A DNA stretch of 63,932 bases, filler included, from Olpidium bornovanus S191 (taxonomy: Eukaryota > Fungi > Olpidiomycota): the NCBI GenBank assembly GCA_017911155.1. It is 31 parts of 31 records of this genome, joined end to end, with 100 filler letters (N's around TTAATTAATTAA, not from the genome) between each part and the next. Parts side by side here need not be neighbours in the genome. Positions count along the whole stretch, not along the records: positions 58,786 to 60,550 come from JAEFCI010009675.1; positions 60,651 to 62,832 come from JAEFCI010011149.1; positions 62,933 to 63,932 come from JAEFCI010005394.1; 28 more parts are not named here. One strand, written 5' to 3'. This document shows, one piece after another, positions 60,296-63,932 of the stretch; positions within the stretch are counted from its first letter, which is position 1; each line of letters starts with the position of its first letter. Both the position numbers and the translations under genes were made by a program. Below the pieces are notes generated by a model. The model saw only the letters and a list, made by a program, of their open reading frames with translations, was not told the DNA's origin and did not search any database.

Positions 60296-60550
60296 TCACG
60301 TCGAAAAGACTACGAAGAGCTTGACGGCATCCGCGCCAACTTTCCCGGGCCTTCCCAGCAGGCGACGCAGCGCCTTTGTGATGTGCGGGACGTACGAGGA
60401 GCCGGATTGCCGCGAGCCGCTGTCGTGGATGCACGCCCAGACCACGTCGCGGAGCAGCTCGCCGACGACGGCAGGCTCCGCGATTGATAACACCATCGGC
60501 AGGAGGTTCAGCGGGCTCGGCAGCAATCCAACCTTGAATGAAGGCATGGA
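60296..60550 (-). CDS. 3' end of an unidentified gene
   Basis: Open frame from the contig edge with high GC3: SMPSFKVGLLPSPLNLLPMVLSIAEPAVVGELLRDVVWACIHD...KLFVVFST*. Confidence 0.35.
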   Translation of the reverse strand, partial: SMPSFKVGLLPSPLNLLPMVLSIAEPAVVGELLRDVVWACIHDSGSRQSGSSYVPHITKALRRLLGRPGKVGADAVKLFVVFST

Positions 60551-60650
60551 NNNNNNNNNNNNNNNNNNNNNNNNNNNNNNNNNNNNNNNNNNNNTTAATT
60601 AATTAANNNNNNNNNNNNNNNNNNNNNNNNNNNNNNNNNNNNNNNNNNNN

Positions 60651-61793
60651 CATGACCGAGCTTGCACTTTTGCCCGCAGGTCCCATATCCTGTATTCGAC
60701 GAATAGCGCGGGCCAAACACGGAGAATCGATGAGCTACCCTGCCTACGATTCAAATAGGCGTGCTGAACCGCATTGCGGACCGTCGACAGGTCAAAATTA
60801 AGAAGTGTCCGCTCCGTCAAACAAGCCCACGTTGCGTTCCAAAAACGTTCACCGCCCTGTTGGGTAGAAGACCGCGGAAAAACCTGCCTGATCTCTCCGT
60901 CGTCCCCTGCGCTCAGCAGGACTTTTCTCGCGTCGTCCCATGCGATGTTTTTAATGTTCCCTGTGTGGCCAGTTAGACTTGCTAGCGGGGCCTCGGTCAT
61001 TGCGCCGATGTCGAATACCCTGAGAATCTTCTCGTTGCCACCAGTGGCCAGCAGATTTCCAGCGCGGTTCAGGTCCGTCGCGCGGACGATGTGGCCGTGA
61101 GCTAACGAGAGGAGCTCTTCTCCCGTGTACGCGTCCCACACCTTCGCGGTGAAGTCGGCTGACCCCGTCGCTGCCCGCGATGCATCGCTGTTCAGCCGAG
61201 CGCTCCACACCGCGCCTTTGTGCCCCTGAAAGGTTCCTGACGTCACGGACCACCGGTCAGTATGAAACGCAAGCAGCGCTCGAACTACTTCAACAGGGAA
61301 CCCAGCATTCATACGCGTTGTTCGATCTACCTAGCCAGTCCCCTGTAGGCCCGTCGCGAAGCATGGGGTTGCCATCTACAAAAACGTCCAGACAAATCAG
61401 ATATTCTTTTTCCGAAAATTGCGGCCTGCATCGCCTCATAACTGTAATTGGGGCTAACCTTTGCACGCGCTAACGAGGAAGTAGTTCCCGTCATCGCCCA
61501 TGGCCGAGAACTGCACGCTCACGACGGGGCGGGTATGCCCGTGGCCTGGGACCGTGGCCAAGGTCAGGCCAAAACGGAAAGCGACGCCCGCGGAGGCGTG
61601 ATTAGCAGGAAGGCGTTCGCCTTAAAAGAAGTGGGAGCCTTTATGGCCGAGGACGCTCGTCTGGGAACAGCACAAAATCGCGCATGTCGCTCGTTTCCGC
61701 CCCCGATGTCCCCGAGCGCGCCAAGACCCGGAAAAACTCACAGGTGAGAGGGACCTGCCTGTGCGCACTTGTCCCTGCCGCGGGCGGGGCCAT
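60651..61793 (-). CDS. STRAP: Serine-threonine kinase receptor-associated protein (STRAP/Unrip), WD40, 5' part; multi-exon
   Basis: RQVPLT|CHGHTRPVV...YFLVSACK|DGNPMLRDGPTGDWLG|TFQGHKGAVWSARLN...AATGSADFTAKVWDA...LAHGHIVR closely matches the STRAP N-terminus. Confidence 0.95.
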
Positions 61794-62334
61794 TCCGGCC
61801 GGAGCCGCTGTCGACTGCACCGGCGTGCCTGGGGCAGTTGAGTTCGCACTTGCGCCAGCGGAAACAGCCAGCGCCATAGTAGGTAGGTATAGCAGCGGTC
61901 CGTGGGCGGCGTGCGTGTGGATTTCACGAAGGGATTTCTCACTGGGGCGTATGGTGCGGGGAGGGAGGGCAGAGAGACGCAAACACGACCAAAAATACCT
62001 TTTCTTCGAAAAGACAAGCAACGGCACTGCCCATCTCACATTATATTACCCACACACTGCGAAACTGCAATGCGCACAACATTTTTTTCGCTGTTATATT
62101 ACAGCTGGCCGTGGCCGCATAACCGTCTGTCTCCCCGTTATCCGCACTGCGGAAGAAATGCGCATTGCGGTCACGCGGTCAAACATGCGCCCGGCTTTTG
62201 GCAGGCGCAGCGTCCGTGACTGCGCCCCTTCCGTCGAAAGCCGCCTGTCCGCTTTTGCACATGTGGATACATAGATCATTTGGCCCGCACCACGCGTAAA
62301 AACATGAACTGCGTCGTTGCCCGTTATAGTAAAC

Positions 62335-62787
62335 GGCTGTTAAGAAACGCGTATAACAGCCTCCAGGTGTTGGCTTTCGGTTTTGAGACGGCAGACGAGA
62401 ACTTAATTTTGAGAGCTGGCTACGAGCTTTTATACTCAACGCCGAAAATGACTTGAATTTGACTGGAACGACGGAAGCTCAAAATCCGACACCCCCTACT
62501 TGAGCTGACGAGGAGAAAAAGAAAGTGTAAAAGAAAAGGATGGCAGATACAGAGCGGAATAGAAAACATAATCGTAAAAGAAAGAGATGCAAGAGACAGA
62601 GCGGAATGGAAAACATAAATCCAAAAAGAAAGAAAAGAAAGAAAAGGAAAATTTTGGGTATCGCCGACTTACAGTTCAATCTGGTTGTTTTGATTACGGC
62701 GGGGTCATTGGTCATGCCTTGGAGGATATTTGGGCGTAAATTCAGTTGCTGGGAGACTGGGTGCCGGTATTGGAGATTTGTCAGTCA
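62335..62787 (+). repeat. Unclassified dispersed repeat, copy 2 (homologous to 46428-46822)
   Basis: Collinear homology with copy 1. Begins with the hairpin GGCTGTTA-N11-TAACAGCC and carries an internal duplication of CAGAGCGGAAT.GAAAACATAA. Confidence 0.75.
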
Positions 62788-62932
62788 GGGACGCGGACAA
62801 TGCTAAGCGCGTTGCGGTGTCGTTTGAGGTCGNNNNNNNNNNNNNNNNNNNNNNNNNNNNNNNNNNNNNNNNNNNNTTAATTAATTAANNNNNNNNNNNN
62901 NNNNNNNNNNNNNNNNNNNNNNNNNNNNNNNN

Positions 62933-63932
62933 CATGTCCGCGCCGTCGTCGCCGCCGCCGGCAACCTGTCGGATTTCCGTGCTCGCGAGCTTTACCTCGT
63001 CCAGGCCGATGTCGACGGCAGCGAACCCGACGTCGAGGGCGAGGTTGCGGAGTGGCGTCTGAAGGGCGAACAGGACCTTCACGCTGATGACATCCTGCGG
63101 CTGCACGGCGACGTCGGCGGACTTGATGACGGCGTGCACACCGCCAGGAAGACCGACCTTGATGCTGCCGTCCGGCTGCATCGCGAACGAGCGGCTGTCG
63201 AGCTGGGCTGCCGCGGCAGCGACTATGGCGTCAACGTCAATCCGACCGGTTACAAGGTCGCCGATGGCCGGGGAAAGCTCGACCCGCGAAAACGTTGAAA
63301 TCTTGTCTGAGGGGTCTGCACCGATGTGGGCGTTGAGCAGACAAAGCCTTGTAGCGAGTGCGGGGTTGGCAGACGTGAGGTCCTTGAAAAGATCTGCCAC
63401 CTTCGCGGATATGTCGGCCGAGTCCGCGAAAGCTGCCGCGACGCGGACAGAGAGCTCGTGTTTTGCGCCGGGAGTGACCTTCATGTCCTGGACACTGACG
63501 GTGATGAAGTCGGCCGAATCCACACGCAAGGAAACTTCGAAGAAACCGATGTCCGCGGTGACGGACGTCGGCAGTTTGAGGCCGACCGACGTGCTCGCGA
63601 CGACTCTCCTTCCCTGCTCTGTCTTGGCGTTGATCGCGTAGATTTCGGGTTGAAGCAGGGCAGCGATGCTGTGCAGGGGCACCGGAATTTGGACCGGCAT
63701 CATCTCCAGGACCTTGTCGATGATTGGTCGGGTGTTCAAGACGACCGGACGAGCGAGGAAAACCAGAGAGAGAAGGTCGTTCCTGTCGTCTTCGCTTGTT
63801 CCGAAGTAGATGCCGTTCGCGCCGACGGTTCCTTGGAAGTTGCCAGAAAGGAAGTTCTGAAAGACGTTCGCGACCTTCGCGGGAATCTCCGGGTTTTCGC
63901 GCGTGAACCGCATCTGACCAACCGGAGACATG
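62933..63932 (-). CDS. Internal fragment of a large beta-strand repeat protein (DUF3712/LEA_2-like by inference)
   Basis: Single ORF spanning the whole contig, V/I/A/D-rich, with internal repetition (TSVTADIGFFEVSLRVDSADF vs RNLALDVGFAAVDIGLDEVKL). Confidence 0.7.

Overview
This window is not one locus. It is 31 short assembly contigs (about 1.0-4.3 kb each) joined by 30 artificial 100-nt linkers (44 N + TTAATTAATTAA + 44 N), so adjacency across a linker has no biological meaning. The DNA is GC-rich, intron-rich and eukaryotic. Skt5/Chs4, PMT1-type, GPI18 and fungal-type phosphoketolase genes point to a fungus. The motile-cilium genes CFAP53 and ARMC2 point to a flagellated (zoosporic) one; an Olpidium-like or chytrid-grade organism is my inference, not a database result. 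Recognisable, mostly partial, multi-exon genes: PPR protein, LIG4, phosphoketolase (head-to-head with LIG4), MRPS16, WDR82/SWD2, EDEM/Mnl1 GH47, ARMC2, SKT5, MEX67/NXF1, MFSD1, UBP14/USP5, CFAP53, guanine deaminase, PMT1-type, GPI18/PIG-V, a multi-SIM STUbL-like N-terminus, STRAP and a beta-repeat protein. Structure not shown by the ORF track includes: a 176-bp Tc1/mariner-type MITE (24-bp TIRs, TA flanks); two copia-type primer binding sites complementary to the tRNA-iMet anticodon arm, each followed by a tandem-repeat array; a two-copy LTR-like family; an unclassified ~400-bp two-copy repeat; and decayed copia and gypsy pol fragments. Many contig ends fall on CATG. I found no CRISPR array, rRNA or tRNA. 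I cannot claim a clearly novel system; the best leads are the repeat-bearing half-tRNA-primed retroelements, the MITE, an HPD-less J-domain-like membrane protein and the LIG4-phosphoketolase divergent pair.
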